A model generated the notes under the pieces. It searched no databases. It was not told where the DNA came from and worked only from the letters and a program-made list of their open reading frames with translations. 64,000 nt of DNA from an uncultured Acidobacteriaceae bacterium (GTDB lineage: Bacteria > Acidobacteriota > Terriglobia > Terriglobales > Acidobacteriaceae). The stretch covers positions 5,820 to 69,819 of the forward strand of contig CAZLJQ010000004.1 in the NCBI GenBank assembly GCA_964559875.1, written 5' to 3'. The position numbers were made by a program, and so were the translations under genes. How positions within the stretch are numbered: the stretch's first letter is position 1; each line of letters begins with the position of its first letter. Below are positions 29,669 through 39,344 of this stretch, piece after piece.

Positions 29669-30863
29669 ATCGCCTCCCGGCGGCCATTTCTCTATAAGAC
29701 TTTGTCTGTGACTCGACCGGCGCCAGAGCGGCATCGGGCATAGCCGAGATTTGTGACATTGCCTCGGACGGGGAACCCAAATTGGTTTCCGTTCTGGAAC
29801 CAAAGATCAACCTCCAACCAATCGTTGGCAGGAGATTGATCAGCCAGCTAAGCCCTGCGATAAGACGTACAGAAATATCAGTAGTGGTCGCACCAATCAG
29901 GTGCGGATCTTCGATGTTGACGGTCAGCTCCCGCGGCACGCTATGCACCTGGCGGAATCCCACGATGGAATGTTCCACATCCAGGCCTGCGCCAACCCGA
30001 GTGAATGGCATCACGTTGGAGTTTTCAATCACGGTGGCACAATCGACCTCGGAGTGATGCTCCAAAGAACTGCCGCGAGTAATCACCGCGTCGCGCCGCA
30101 CGCTGCAGTAATCTCCGATGAAGGCCGGGGCAACCACGCGCGCACAACGATGAACATGTGCGCCTCGGCCGATCCACACACCGGGACGCAGTTCGCGGCC
30201 ACAAGGATGAATCTCGCATTCGCCGGCAAAAGCATCCAGGCTGAGGGCACGCAGATCAGCCGGAGTGGCCAGCAGGTTTACATAGCCATCGCAGTAGTGC
30301 ACGGCAGTGGCAATGCGCTCGTCGCGTAGTTCGCCGCGCAGGAGGGCTGCGGCCTCGGTCTGGTTGCCGGAGGAGATCACAAAGACATCGAGCGCCTCAT
30401 TGGCCGGCGAATAGGCCCTCAAGATGGCAGAGCCCGAATCCCGGTGCTGGTTCACCATGGCGGCGAAATCCACCTCAGCCCAAGCGCCAAGGCGTAACAC
30501 CAGGACACGCTCCGAATGACGGCTCAGGCGGCGGAACTTCTGCAAGGCATCGTCCCAAAAGTGCTGCGGGCTAGCAACGCTGAACTTACAGGTGACAGAC
30601 TTGGGATGCGGCAAAGGATCGGTATCACTGACAACCGTTATCTCGGCCACGCCAGCGGCGCGGATGCGATCCAGCGTACGCATGAGCACGCTACGCCCCA
30701 ACACGTCGAGCAGCGCCAGGGGATATTCGCCAAAACGCTCGGCTTCCTGCCTGCCGCCGACCAGCACCAAAGCATGAACTCCAGCAAGGCCACGTGACGC
30801 GGGAGCAACGCGATGAAGAGCTCCGGATCGAAGTTTGCGCGCTCCTAGGCCCATGGATACCAC
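29655..30863 (-). CDS. Nucleotidyltransferase-like protein with a left-handed beta-helix domain (degenerate active-site loop)
   Basis: Rossmann-like N-terminus (ALVLVGGRQEAERFGEYPLALLDVLGRSVLMRTLDRI), an LbH hexapeptide region (GVWIGRGAHVHRCARVVAPAFIGDYCSVRRDAVI) and a C-terminal hydrophobic helix (LIAGLSWLINLLPTIGWRLIFG). Confidence 0.6.
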   Translation of the reverse strand: MVSMGLGARKLRSGALHRVAPASRGLAGVHALVLVGGRQEAERFGEYPLALLDVLGRSVLMRTLDRIRAAGVAEITVVSDTDPLPHPKSVTCKFSVASPQHFWDDALQKFRRLSRHSERVLVLRLGAWAEVDFAAMVNQHRDSGSAILRAYSPANEALDVFVISSGNQTEAAALLRGELRDERIATAVHYCDGYVNLLATPADLRALSLDAFAGECEIHPCGRELRPGVWIGRGAHVHRCARVVAPAFIGDYCSVRRDAVITRGSSLEHHSEVDCATVIENSNVMPFTRVGAGLDVEHSIVGFRQVHSVPRELTVNIEDPHLIGATTTDISVRLIAGLSWLINLLPTIGWRLIFGSRTETNLGSPSEAMSQISAMPDAALAPVESQTKSYREMAAGRRYGNE

Positions 30864-32095
30864 CTAGGCGCAGTGGCGCGGAAGATCGCCGAACGAAGCG
30901 GGACCCATCCTGGCAGCCTTCGGAAGCGCGTAAAGGGCTGCAGCGCCCGATGTCCCTGCTGCGTGCTGAAGGAGCGCAGATACTGACTGATGATCATTGG
31001 CATGGTTTGACGCAAAGCGACGGAAAAGTTTGCCTCGCCCATCTCGCGCTGTATCGCCGGACTTTCTAAAACGCTCACAATGCAATCGGCCATACTGTGT
31101 GCGTTGCCGGTTTCAAAGAAACTGATCGCGAGTTGCTCGTCGGCGCTCATCTCGCGGAAGTCGGCGATATCGGCGCAAACGATAGGCAAGCCGTATTCGC
31201 AAGCCATGTGAGCAACGCCGCTAGAGCCGGTGGCGGAAGAGTAAGGCATCACCATCAGGCTGGACGAGGCACAGAGTTCGTAAACGTCCTCCTCCGCGAC
31301 GTAGCCTGTGAAGCGAATATTAGGGTTGTCGGCATAACGCTCGGCAATCCGCTCGACGTAGCCCGGAGCAGCCGGATGATTGCCGCCTGCAATGACCAGA
31401 CGCGCCAGAGGAACGCGCTCCACGATCTCCGCAAAGGCCTCGATCAGCAACTCTAGCCGTTTGTAGGTACCCCACTTGCCAAAAGCAAGGATGCGATGTT
31501 CAGGGTTGCCGCGCTTTTCAAACGCAGGCGGCTCGGGCCGTGCCGAGAGAATGCCATGAGCACGAAAATGGACATTATCACCGTTGTACTTTTGCATCAG
31601 CGTGCGGCGATAAGCGGGCAACAGCACGGAAATCGAGTTGGCCATCAAGAGTGCGCGCGTGGCCAAGTATCCCGCGGCGCGGTAGCTGCGCGGATAGCGA
31701 ATACCGGCATGTTGAAGATCCACGTTGTCCATCAGATGGTGCAGGGTGACGTGGGTGTAAGTCCCTGACAACCTAGTCAGTACCGGGATAGTCAGTCCGG
31801 CGAAGGCGGCCGCGGGCTTGGCCCCGAAGGTGGAGAACAACAGATTGAACCAGACCACGTCAGGCTTTAGCTCGCGAATCACGCGCAACAGGCGCACAGG
31901 GTTGCCGAGACTATTGAAGTCCCAGCAGCGGATTACCTCGAATTCATCCATCTCTGGCTGGACAGTCTCCAGAGTATCGCCGAGGATGGTAAGGCTCAGC
32001 AGCGGGTCGCTCTGCAGTTCGCGAGCGATATGGAATCCGTATTCGTTGAGCCCCCGCCGCGAAGGCGGGAACGCTGTCACCAGACAAATCTTCAT
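30845..32095 (-). CDS. GT4-family (GT-B) glycosyltransferase
   Basis: MKICLVTAFPPSRRGLNEYG N-terminus and a Glycos_transf_1-type C-terminal half (RLVIAGGNHP...SSATGSSGVAHMACEYGLPIV). Confidence 0.85.
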   Translation of the reverse strand: MKICLVTAFPPSRRGLNEYGFHIARELQSDPLLSLTILGDTLETVQPEMDEFEVIRCWDFNSLGNPVRLLRVIRELKPDVVWFNLLFSTFGAKPAAAFAGLTIPVLTRLSGTYTHVTLHHLMDNVDLQHAGIRYPRSYRAAGYLATRALLMANSISVLLPAYRRTLMQKYNGDNVHFRAHGILSARPEPPAFEKRGNPEHRILAFGKWGTYKRLELLIEAFAEIVERVPLARLVIAGGNHPAAPGYVERIAERYADNPNIRFTGYVAEEDVYELCASSSLMVMPYSSATGSSGVAHMACEYGLPIVCADIADFREMSADEQLAISFFETGNAHSMADCIVSVLESPAIQREMGEANFSVALRQTMPMIISQYLRSFSTQQGHRALQPFTRFRRLPGWVPLRSAIFRATAPRWYPWA

Positions 32096-32109
32096 GGGGC
32101 CCCCTGACC

Positions 32110-35100
32110 CTAAAACAACGTCAGACGAACTACCGGACGCAGTATCGTCTGGTTGTGGCCAGTAAAATTAAAGTAGTTCGCGTTCTGAACTCCGAGGGAG
32201 AACCGGATCGGATATTCCACCGGCACTCGCCCGAAGCTGTCGCTTACATCGCGACGCAGCGGTCTGGTGTAAGAGATGAGAAAACTGCTCTGCACGTTGT
32301 CATAGTCGTGAATTCCTTCCCCTCGCGAGAAAATAAAATCGCCGTATGCGCCCCAACGTCTTGTGGGTTTCCATTCAACCTCCGTCTCGGGACAGAAGGC
32401 CTGTGCAATCCAGTAGTTCAAGTCTTGTACGCGCCACGACCGTATATATGTGCCCAGCACGGCGAGGCGCAGCTTTTCACTGAACTCATGCTGCAGCCCG
32501 GCCGAGGTCGAGGTGGAATAGAACTCGCGGATCAGGGGGCGGAAGAGCAGATCGCGCGAGCTGTAGGCGGTGATGAACTGCGTGCGTCCCCACGGACGGC
32601 CAACGATGAACTGCAGGCGTGCGCCCAACTCTCGCGAATGCAGGTTCTGGTCGGTGAATGGGCCGGTCTCATGGAAGGCTTCCGCCTGTACCGTAAGCCA
32701 GTTTCCGAGCGCATTTGTGGACATGTAGGCAAACTGCCGGAAGAGGTTCTGATTGAGTTCGACCGGGCTCTCCTTGTCGCGCCGCAGGGTGAATTGCAGA
32801 CCGGTATTGAACGTGATTGTGGCCGAGCCGAGTTTGAGCACAGGGTTAAGCGCACTGTTAGCCGTGTAATCCCACGTGTCGCGATTGATGATGAGCTCTT
32901 CGCTGGGCAGTGAAATCTGGCCGGTAGCATTGCGTACCTGGAAGAATCCGCTGACTCCGGGATACTTGCCGAGTCCGGCACGATAGCCATTGGTCCACAG
33001 AGTTTCGAGCGAGGAGCGGGGCGGCGGGATAGCCCCTCCCTGTGCGTTGTGAAAAATCTGACGGTCGAGGCCCAAGATGGTAGCGTCATCAATGATGCCG
33101 TGCACCAGAACATCGGAATTGACGCTAACCCTGCGGCTCACCTGCACACCCTGCTCTCCGGCTGCCTGTACCATAGCGAACTCGGCCGAGTCGTCTTCGC
33201 CGCCGAGCTGATTGGCGCGCGCAAAAGCCGTCATGGCCTGGAATTGCTGGTGTTCCTGACGGTAAACATTGGCCTGCGCCATGGTGTAGTCGAAGTTGTT
33301 CGCAAACTCCGCCGGGTTGCCCAACTTCGCAAGCTGGTTCTGGGCCTCTGCGGTGCGGCCTTCAGCGATGGCTGAGTTCGCCATGCCGATGGTCACAACT
33401 TCATCGGCAGCGCCTGCCTGGTGTGCGCGCTCGTAGTAACGCCGCGCAAGATCGAAGTCGTCCATGGCGAGAAAGAGATTCGCGGCTTCGAGGAAGTTGT
33501 CGCTGTTGACCGGGGAAGCTTCTCCAACCCGCGATTCAGCAAAGGCCAACGCAATCTGTTGCTGCGCCGCCTCATACTTGTGCTGCTTGACGAAGACGCG
33601 CGCGAAGAGCAGACGGGCGTCAACGCGGTTGGCATCCGGAGCCTCCAGCGCGCGAGCAAAACGCTGCATGGCCGCTCCCTCATCGCCCATGGTCAGCAGC
33701 GCGGTGCCGGTGTTGAGCAGGATGGACGATGTGTTCGGGCTTTGCTTTTCTGCCGCAGCGATATAACGCATGGCCGCGTCGCGGTGATGCAACTCGGCGT
33801 GAGCGTTGGCAAGCTGAGCGTAAATCTCAGGGTCATCGGGCGAGATGGCGAGCGCTGCATTCAGAGTCTGGATGGCAGCGGGATAGCGGCGCGAGTGAAA
33901 TTGAGTGTCGGCCAACGCCAATTGGAGCTTCAGATTGTCAGGTGCATACTTGATCGCCGCGATGTACTCCTGCTCTGCCTTATCGAGCAAATGCAGGTCG
34001 CGATACGCGGTAGCGCGCGCAAGATGAGTGGCGCCAGATTCGCCAAGCAGCTTCTCGGCTTCGCCGGTTTCCTCCAGGGCGGCTCGACCGTGGTGTAGTT
34101 GCAACTCGGAGAAAGCCAAGCCAAGGTGGGCGACGCCATTGGAAGACTGCATCGCAAGCGCCGAGCGGAAGTCGCGCATCGCGGCGTCTGGGTTCTGCAG
34201 ATCGTTAAGCACGTAGCCACGGTTTACGTAACCCTCCACCATCTTTGGATCGCGCCGTATGGCTTCGGTATAGTCCTCAACCGCCTGCTGCAGAAGCTGG
34301 TTCTGCTTGTGCACGTGGCCGGTGAGCAAGGGAAAGTTGGCCTCGTTTGGCAACAGTGCTGTGTAATGGGATGTTAGGGTGAGCACGTCGTCAAAGCGCC
34401 CGAGGTTGTACAAATCGTATGCCAGATAGACGGCCGCATTGCGGTCGTTTTGCAACTGGGACAGCACCTGGTAGCCAAGGCGTGCCGACTCGGCGTACTT
34501 GCCCTGATGAAACAGAACTCGCTCACGTTCGCGCATCACGCGGGGATCGTCGAGCAGACTTCCGGTGGCACGGTCCACCCAGCTACCGGCATCGCTGATG
34601 CGGCCTGCCTCGAGGGCGGCATTGGCTGCGTTGGCTATGACCACGGCATTGCGTGGTGCACGCTTGAATGCCTGCTCGTAGGAGGCGTTGGCACGATCGA
34701 ATTGCCTAGCCGACGCAAAAAGGTCGCCCAGCGCGAGATACGGCACATAGTCATCCGGATAATCGGCAGCCATTTGCTGGAAGTAGCGCTCGGCGGAGGC
34801 GGTGTCGTTTTGCTCGCGCGCGATGTATCCCATTGCTTCCAGGGCGTAGCGATTCTTCGGGTCGGTTTCGAGAATCTGGGCGTAGAGCTTGCGCGCCTCG
34901 TCGCTCCGCTTGGCGTGCCAGAGCAGATTCGCGTATTGCAGAGTGATGGCGGGATTGCCTGGGTCCAGACGCATGGCTTCCTTCAGATCGCTCTCTGCTC
35001 CGTCCAGATCGTTGACCCCCAGACGTATGGAGGCACGCACACGCAAGAACTCCGCGCGAGGAGCGCCTTCGAGATGCAATTGATTGACCAAGGTCTCGGC

Positions 35101-36300
35101 AGATGCGATTTGCTGCTTCGCTGCCGCTTCATCGCCCGTCTCGTGGTAGATTTCCGCAAGATTCAATCGCAGCTCAATCGGGTAGAGCGGCCCCTCAGGC
35201 ACCTCAGCATTGGGCAAGCTGGCAATCGCGGCTTGGTACTCGCGGATCGCATCCGGATTGCGGTTCTGCATGTGGGCAAGCTGCGCGTTGAGCGCATGCA
35301 GCCGGTAGTGATTGGGATCGATCTGCGTGGCGCGGGCGAGAAACGCGCGCGCGCCGTCCATCTCTCCCAGATGCAGCTCTGCCTGTGCCGCGCTCAACTG
35401 CAACCCGATCTGCCGTGGCAAAAGGTTGGCCGCACGTTTGTAGCTTTCTGCAGCCAGCCGCTGATCTCCAGCAAGTTCGTAAGTGTAAGCAAGATCGGCC
35501 AGCACCTCGGGATTCTGCCCGGATGCATTCTTGAGCGCCGCAATCGCTGCTGGGTAGTCGTGCTGCTCGCGGTAGAAATTTGCGACGGCGCGGAAGACCG
35601 ACGGGTTCTTTGGGTCGTGGCTTTTCGCCCGCTCCAACATCTGCCGAGCGCGCTCGGGTTGCTTCAGCTTTAGATAGGCAACAGCCAGCATCACTTCGGC
35701 ATGCGACGTAGGATGCACCGACTCGGCGCGTGCAAGCAGCGCAATGCCCTGCTGCACGTCACCGCTCTGCAGGAAGAGCTCACCTGCCATCAGCAGATCG
35801 TTCTCGCGTTGCGGCGCGGCACTTATGACCTGCATAAAGAGCCGCCGGGCGTCGCTTAGCTGTCCCATGCGCTGATACGTCTGAGCCAAACCGCTAAGTC
35901 CATCCAGATTGTTGCGCTCGATCTTCAATCCCTGCTGGTATGCATCCACTGACTTGGGAAATTGGCCTGCTAGCCGGGAAGCATAGCCCAAAAGAAACCA
36001 GAGCCGGGCGTTCTGCGGCGCAGCCTTCACCGCCCGCTCGGCAGCCACAGCTGCGCCTGCGGAGTTGCCTCGCTTCAAATCGTCTTCGGCAGCACGGGCG
36101 TTACGCCCCACTTCAATGCTCGTACCCCAGCCCATTCCTTCTGTGGCGGGCTTCTTCGAGTTCTTTGAACCATTTTGTGAACCGCTCCCCAGGTCTATCT
36201 CTTGCGCGCAGAGGAGCAGCGGCAAGAACAACAGAAAGCAAAGCGAGCTGGTGACCAACAGATTTTTTTTCACTGGGCTACTCAAAATTGCCACGCTCAT
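32110..36300 (-). CDS. Giant TPR-repeat protein with a predicted C-terminal outer-membrane beta-barrel (BcsC/PgaA/PelB-like exporter scaffold)
   Basis: Signal peptide (LCFLLFLPLLLCAQE) and roughly 950 aa of TPR units. The last roughly 430 aa show an alternating amphipathic strand pattern and end in the OMP-type terminal Phe (RPVVRLTLF). Confidence 0.8.
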   Translation of the reverse strand: MSVAILSSPVKKNLLVTSSLCFLLFLPLLLCAQEIDLGSGSQNGSKNSKKPATEGMGWGTSIEVGRNARAAEDDLKRGNSAGAAVAAERAVKAAPQNARLWFLLGYASRLAGQFPKSVDAYQQGLKIERNNLDGLSGLAQTYQRMGQLSDARRLFMQVISAAPQRENDLLMAGELFLQSGDVQQGIALLARAESVHPTSHAEVMLAVAYLKLKQPERARQMLERAKSHDPKNPSVFRAVANFYREQHDYPAAIAALKNASGQNPEVLADLAYTYELAGDQRLAAESYKRAANLLPRQIGLQLSAAQAELHLGEMDGARAFLARATQIDPNHYRLHALNAQLAHMQNRNPDAIREYQAAIASLPNAEVPEGPLYPIELRLNLAEIYHETGDEAAAKQQIASAETLVNQLHLEGAPRAEFLRVRASIRLGVNDLDGAESDLKEAMRLDPGNPAITLQYANLLWHAKRSDEARKLYAQILETDPKNRYALEAMGYIAREQNDTASAERYFQQMAADYPDDYVPYLALGDLFASARQFDRANASYEQAFKRAPRNAVVIANAANAALEAGRISDAGSWVDRATGSLLDDPRVMRERERVLFHQGKYAESARLGYQVLSQLQNDRNAAVYLAYDLYNLGRFDDVLTLTSHYTALLPNEANFPLLTGHVHKQNQLLQQAVEDYTEAIRRDPKMVEGYVNRGYVLNDLQNPDAAMRDFRSALAMQSSNGVAHLGLAFSELQLHHGRAALEETGEAEKLLGESGATHLARATAYRDLHLLDKAEQEYIAAIKYAPDNLKLQLALADTQFHSRRYPAAIQTLNAALAISPDDPEIYAQLANAHAELHHRDAAMRYIAAAEKQSPNTSSILLNTGTALLTMGDEGAAMQRFARALEAPDANRVDARLLFARVFVKQHKYEAAQQQIALAFAESRVGEASPVNSDNFLEAANLFLAMDDFDLARRYYERAHQAGAADEVVTIGMANSAIAEGRTAEAQNQLAKLGNPAEFANNFDYTMAQANVYRQEHQQFQAMTAFARANQLGGEDDSAEFAMVQAAGEQGVQVSRRVSVNSDVLVHGIIDDATILGLDRQIFHNAQGGAIPPPRSSLETLWTNGYRAGLGKYPGVSGFFQVRNATGQISLPSEELIINRDTWDYTANSALNPVLKLGSATITFNTGLQFTLRRDKESPVELNQNLFRQFAYMSTNALGNWLTVQAEAFHETGPFTDQNLHSRELGARLQFIVGRPWGRTQFITAYSSRDLLFRPLIREFYSTSTSAGLQHEFSEKLRLAVLGTYIRSWRVQDLNYWIAQAFCPETEVEWKPTRRWGAYGDFIFSRGEGIHDYDNVQSSFLISYTRPLRRDVSDSFGRVPVEYPIRFSLGVQNANYFNFTGHNQTILRPVVRLTLF

Positions 36301-36495
36301 GCCGATGAAGCGAGAAACTCGAATTCATCTGCTTGGGATGCAGAGAAGCCGCAAATGGTCTTATCGCTAAGGTTGCAGAATCAGGAAACTGCGCAAGATC
36401 GCAGGAATCTGGGGCTCGCGGCAAACCTATCAGCAGCTCTGGGAATCTCACTTAATCGCGGTAAGGCGGAGACAAATCCCTTGAATTCGAAGTCC

Positions 36496-38235
36496 ATGCT
36501 TTCCTCAAGCCGTGGCATTCCACTGCTGGCGATTGTCCTGTTGGCCCTGGCGGTCCACGGCCCGTTGCTGCTGATGCAGCTTCCCGCCAACTCGTATGAT
36601 GCGACCACCCACATTTTTTTTGCGGCTCACTACGCGCACCACTGGTTCTCACCGTGGAATGAAAAATGGTTCGGTGGAATGTCGCAGACCACCTATCCCC
36701 CGCTGACCCACCAATGGATTGCGTTGTTCTCGCATTTGTTTGGGTTAACCGGCGCTTACATGTTTGTGCAGCTGATCGCGATACTTCTGCTGCCGGTAGG
36801 GATGTTTCGCTATGCGCGACTCTGGATCCCAGAGCGCGAGGCCAGCTATGCCGCGCTAGGCTCGGTTTTTCTGGGATCACTGGCGATGCTGGTCTACCAA
36901 TCCGGCCAGTTGCCCACCATCACGGCGGCGGCACTCACGTTGAACGCGTTACCCTACTTCTATCGGTGGACGCGCGATGGCGGAGCAGGCCAACTACTGA
37001 GGGGAGCTGCTATTTCCGTGGCAGGAGCCGCGGCTCATCACGTCACGTTTCTCTTCGGAGCCATTCTGTTTGCGCTGCCGGTAATCTGGCTGAGCGTGCT
37101 CGACCGCAATGAAAGTGAGCGCAAGTCATCGGCTGCAGGAATGCTGGGACGCGCGGCTGTCTTCGCCGTCATTATCCTGGTGGCAGGAATCGTAGTGCTG
37201 CTTCCCTACTTCATTGCTCTGCGCCATAACCCGATCACCCAAATACCCATTCCGCATCAGTCGCGCGACAACTACATCCTGGTGCCGCACAGCGGAATGA
37301 ACTTCTGGATCATTCCGATGGGCGCGCTGATTCTCGCCATTCCATACATCCTGTTCAAGGGGGCTGCGGAACGCCGTCTGCGGCCGCTTATGTTTGGCTG
37401 GTATTTGACTACCCTGCTCGGGCTCGGCGGAACGACGCCAGTCGGACGCTTGCTGCTGGGCCGTGCGTTTGAGGTGCTCACCTTCGAACGGTTCACCTTC
37501 TGGGCAACCCTGATGGCGCTGCCGTTTGTGGGCCTGCTCGCCGCTTGGATGATCGATCGGTGGGGGCGCCGTGGAGCGGTGCTACTCGGGATTGCCGCCA
37601 CTTATAGCTGCGCGATGGCAGTGGCATGGGTGGTCTTCAATCCGATCAACAGCGGAGACTTCCGGGTACAACAGGTGATCGACTTCCTGAACCGCGAAGA
37701 TCACGCGAAGTATCGCTACATTACGCTCGGTTTCGGCAACCAGTTTGCCAAGGTCTCCGCCTACGCCAAAGCTGGAAGTCTTGACGGAGATTACAACTCG
37801 GCACGACTGCTGCCCGAACTGACCGCCCACGGAGCCGGCCAACTCTACAACTCAAAGTACTACGGAACCGGCGGAATGGAGGCTCTGCGCGCAATCCTGA
37901 AGCACGCCGACCAGTATGGACTGCGCTACGTTTTTGTGCGCGACCGCTACTACGAGCCGCTCCTGGCCTTTGCCGGATGGCGGCAGGCGGAGGTCTATGA
38001 CAACGGCGCCACCGCACTGTGGACAAAGGACGATGTGCCCCCAGCGAAGCATTTGGACTTTGGCGCTGCCGTGCCGACCAGATGGGAGGGCATCATGTGG
38101 GGACTACTTCCAGTGGGCGCAAGCTTGTTTGCGATCTTCGTGGTTCTGCTTCCTGAGCGGCGGCGCTATTCGGAGGCAATCGAGTTCCCATCGTCATCCG
38201 ATTCGCGCGAAATCTCTTTGCGGGAGGCCCATTAG
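36496..38235 (+). CDS. GT-C fold membrane glycosyltransferase (ArnT/PMT_2-like)
   Basis: Start at the ATG at 36496 (MLSSSRGIPLLAIVLLALAV). The first periplasmic loop, SYDATTHIFFAAHYAHHWFSPWNEKWFGG...TYPPLTHQWIALFSHLFG, follows the ArnT/PMT pattern (acidic residue, aromatic stretch, then PPL-x-x-W). At least 10 TM helices are followed by a soluble domain of about 190 aa and a final TM. Confidence 0.55.
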   Translation: MLSSSRGIPLLAIVLLALAVHGPLLLMQLPANSYDATTHIFFAAHYAHHWFSPWNEKWFGGMSQTTYPPLTHQWIALFSHLFGLTGAYMFVQLIAILLLPVGMFRYARLWIPEREASYAALGSVFLGSLAMLVYQSGQLPTITAAALTLNALPYFYRWTRDGGAGQLLRGAAISVAGAAAHHVTFLFGAILFALPVIWLSVLDRNESERKSSAAGMLGRAAVFAVIILVAGIVVLLPYFIALRHNPITQIPIPHQSRDNYILVPHSGMNFWIIPMGALILAIPYILFKGAAERRLRPLMFGWYLTTLLGLGGTTPVGRLLLGRAFEVLTFERFTFWATLMALPFVGLLAAWMIDRWGRRGAVLLGIAATYSCAMAVAWVVFNPINSGDFRVQQVIDFLNREDHAKYRYITLGFGNQFAKVSAYAKAGSLDGDYNSARLLPELTAHGAGQLYNSKYYGTGGMEALRAILKHADQYGLRYVFVRDRYYEPLLAFAGWRQAEVYDNGATALWTKDDVPPAKHLDFGAAVPTRWEGIMWGLLPVGASLFAIFVVLLPERRRYSEAIEFPSSSDSREISLREAH

Positions 38236-38237
38236 CC

Positions 38238-39332
38238 ATGAACAAGATCTTGCCCGTTCTGCTTATTGTTCTCGCCATGGTGCTGGTCGCCGCCTCTACC
38301 ATACATTCCTCGACTCTCACTCCGGCCGCCACACCCCAGAGTGCGGTGGATTCGTTGCTGAACCATGTAAAGATGCGCGATGCCCCGGCGGCCTATCGTT
38401 ACGTGGCCAAGGCCGGCAATACAAGTCCGGAGGATTTTGCGCGCGACGTCTTTGGCCAAGACAGCAACCTGCGCACCTACTCCGCATTGCAGCAGTTCAA
38501 TACCAAGGTGCTGCATGAGGACGACCAGCAGGCTGTAGTGCGCGCCAGTCTGGAATGGGCCTCGGCGGTAGGCGCCGTGTATGACACACGCGACTTGAAG
38601 GTAGTGCGCGAGGACAACAGTTGGAAGGTTTTGTGGCCTGTGCAGCCACGCGCCAAGGTTCCGCCACAGGTGATTCCGGTGAACTATCTGCGCTGGGACA
38701 TTGTGACTCGCGGCGCAGATGACGACTGGGGTGCGCAAAACGTGGACGCTCCGCGGGTCCGCATCATCTCCATGAATCCGGTGGAGCACGATGGCAACTT
38801 CATTCTTCTGGGCGAGATTGAAAATGAGGACACTGTGCCGGGGTTTGTCTCCGTGGAAGCCACGCTCATCGGAAAAGACGGCCAACCGTTCGCGCAGGAA
38901 GAGAGCTTTGACAAAATCAGCCACGTGCTGCTGCCCAAAGAAATTTCTCCCTTCCGTATCGACTTTCCAAACGTGAGCCGCAGCCGCATTCAGAGCGTAC
39001 ACATGCAGCCCAATGCCATGCTGGTTCCAGCCTCGACCGACCCAGTGATGGGAGTAATTCATCAGGCTTTGCAGAAAGATGCACGGGGACACCTAGTACT
39101 GAGCGGCGAGTTGATGAACCAGAGCGGGCAAACCGTGAACATCCCGCACGTACTCGCCACGTTTTACGACAACACAGGCAAGGTCATCTGGGTATCGGAC
39201 GGTTATGTAGATCAAGCGCTGGTGCCGCAGACGCCAGTGGCCTTCAGCATCGGCGTGCGCGATGATCTCGCTCCGCAGATTCACAGCTACCGTGTCACGG
39301 TGAACCAGTACAGCCGTGACCGGGTGCAGTAA
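38238..39332 (+). CDS. Membrane-anchored protein: NTF2-like module plus two beta-sandwich repeats (hypothetical)
   Basis: 2-nt gap from the upstream stop and an N-terminal anchor (ILPVLLIVLAMVLVAAS). There is an internal duplication: NFILLGEIENEDTVPGFVSVEATLIGKDGQPF versus HLVLSGELMNQSGQTVNIPHVLATFYDNTGKVI. Confidence 0.6.
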   Translation: MNKILPVLLIVLAMVLVAASTIHSSTLTPAATPQSAVDSLLNHVKMRDAPAAYRYVAKAGNTSPEDFARDVFGQDSNLRTYSALQQFNTKVLHEDDQQAVVRASLEWASAVGAVYDTRDLKVVREDNSWKVLWPVQPRAKVPPQVIPVNYLRWDIVTRGADDDWGAQNVDAPRVRIISMNPVEHDGNFILLGEIENEDTVPGFVSVEATLIGKDGQPFAQEESFDKISHVLLPKEISPFRIDFPNVSRSRIQSVHMQPNAMLVPASTDPVMGVIHQALQKDARGHLVLSGELMNQSGQTVNIPHVLATFYDNTGKVIWVSDGYVDQALVPQTPVAFSIGVRDDLAPQIHSYRVTVNQYSRDRVQ

Positions 39333-39344
39333 CAGGAGGCGGTG

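Noticed and set aside
34450-35673. 407-aa plus-strand ORF
   Set aside because: It is antisense to the TPR giant. The TPR reading frame is continuous over 1396 codons with a signal peptide and an OMP terminus, so that frame is the real gene.
36202-36495. 98-codon upstream extension of the GT-C membrane protein ORF
   Set aside because: The extension overlaps the start of the divergent TPR gene and is hydrophilic and low-complexity. The ATG at 36496 immediately precedes the first TM helix.
38232-39092. 286-aa minus-strand ORF
   Set aside because: It is antisense to the 38238..39332 gene, which has a signal anchor and sits in a translationally coupled plus-strand operon.
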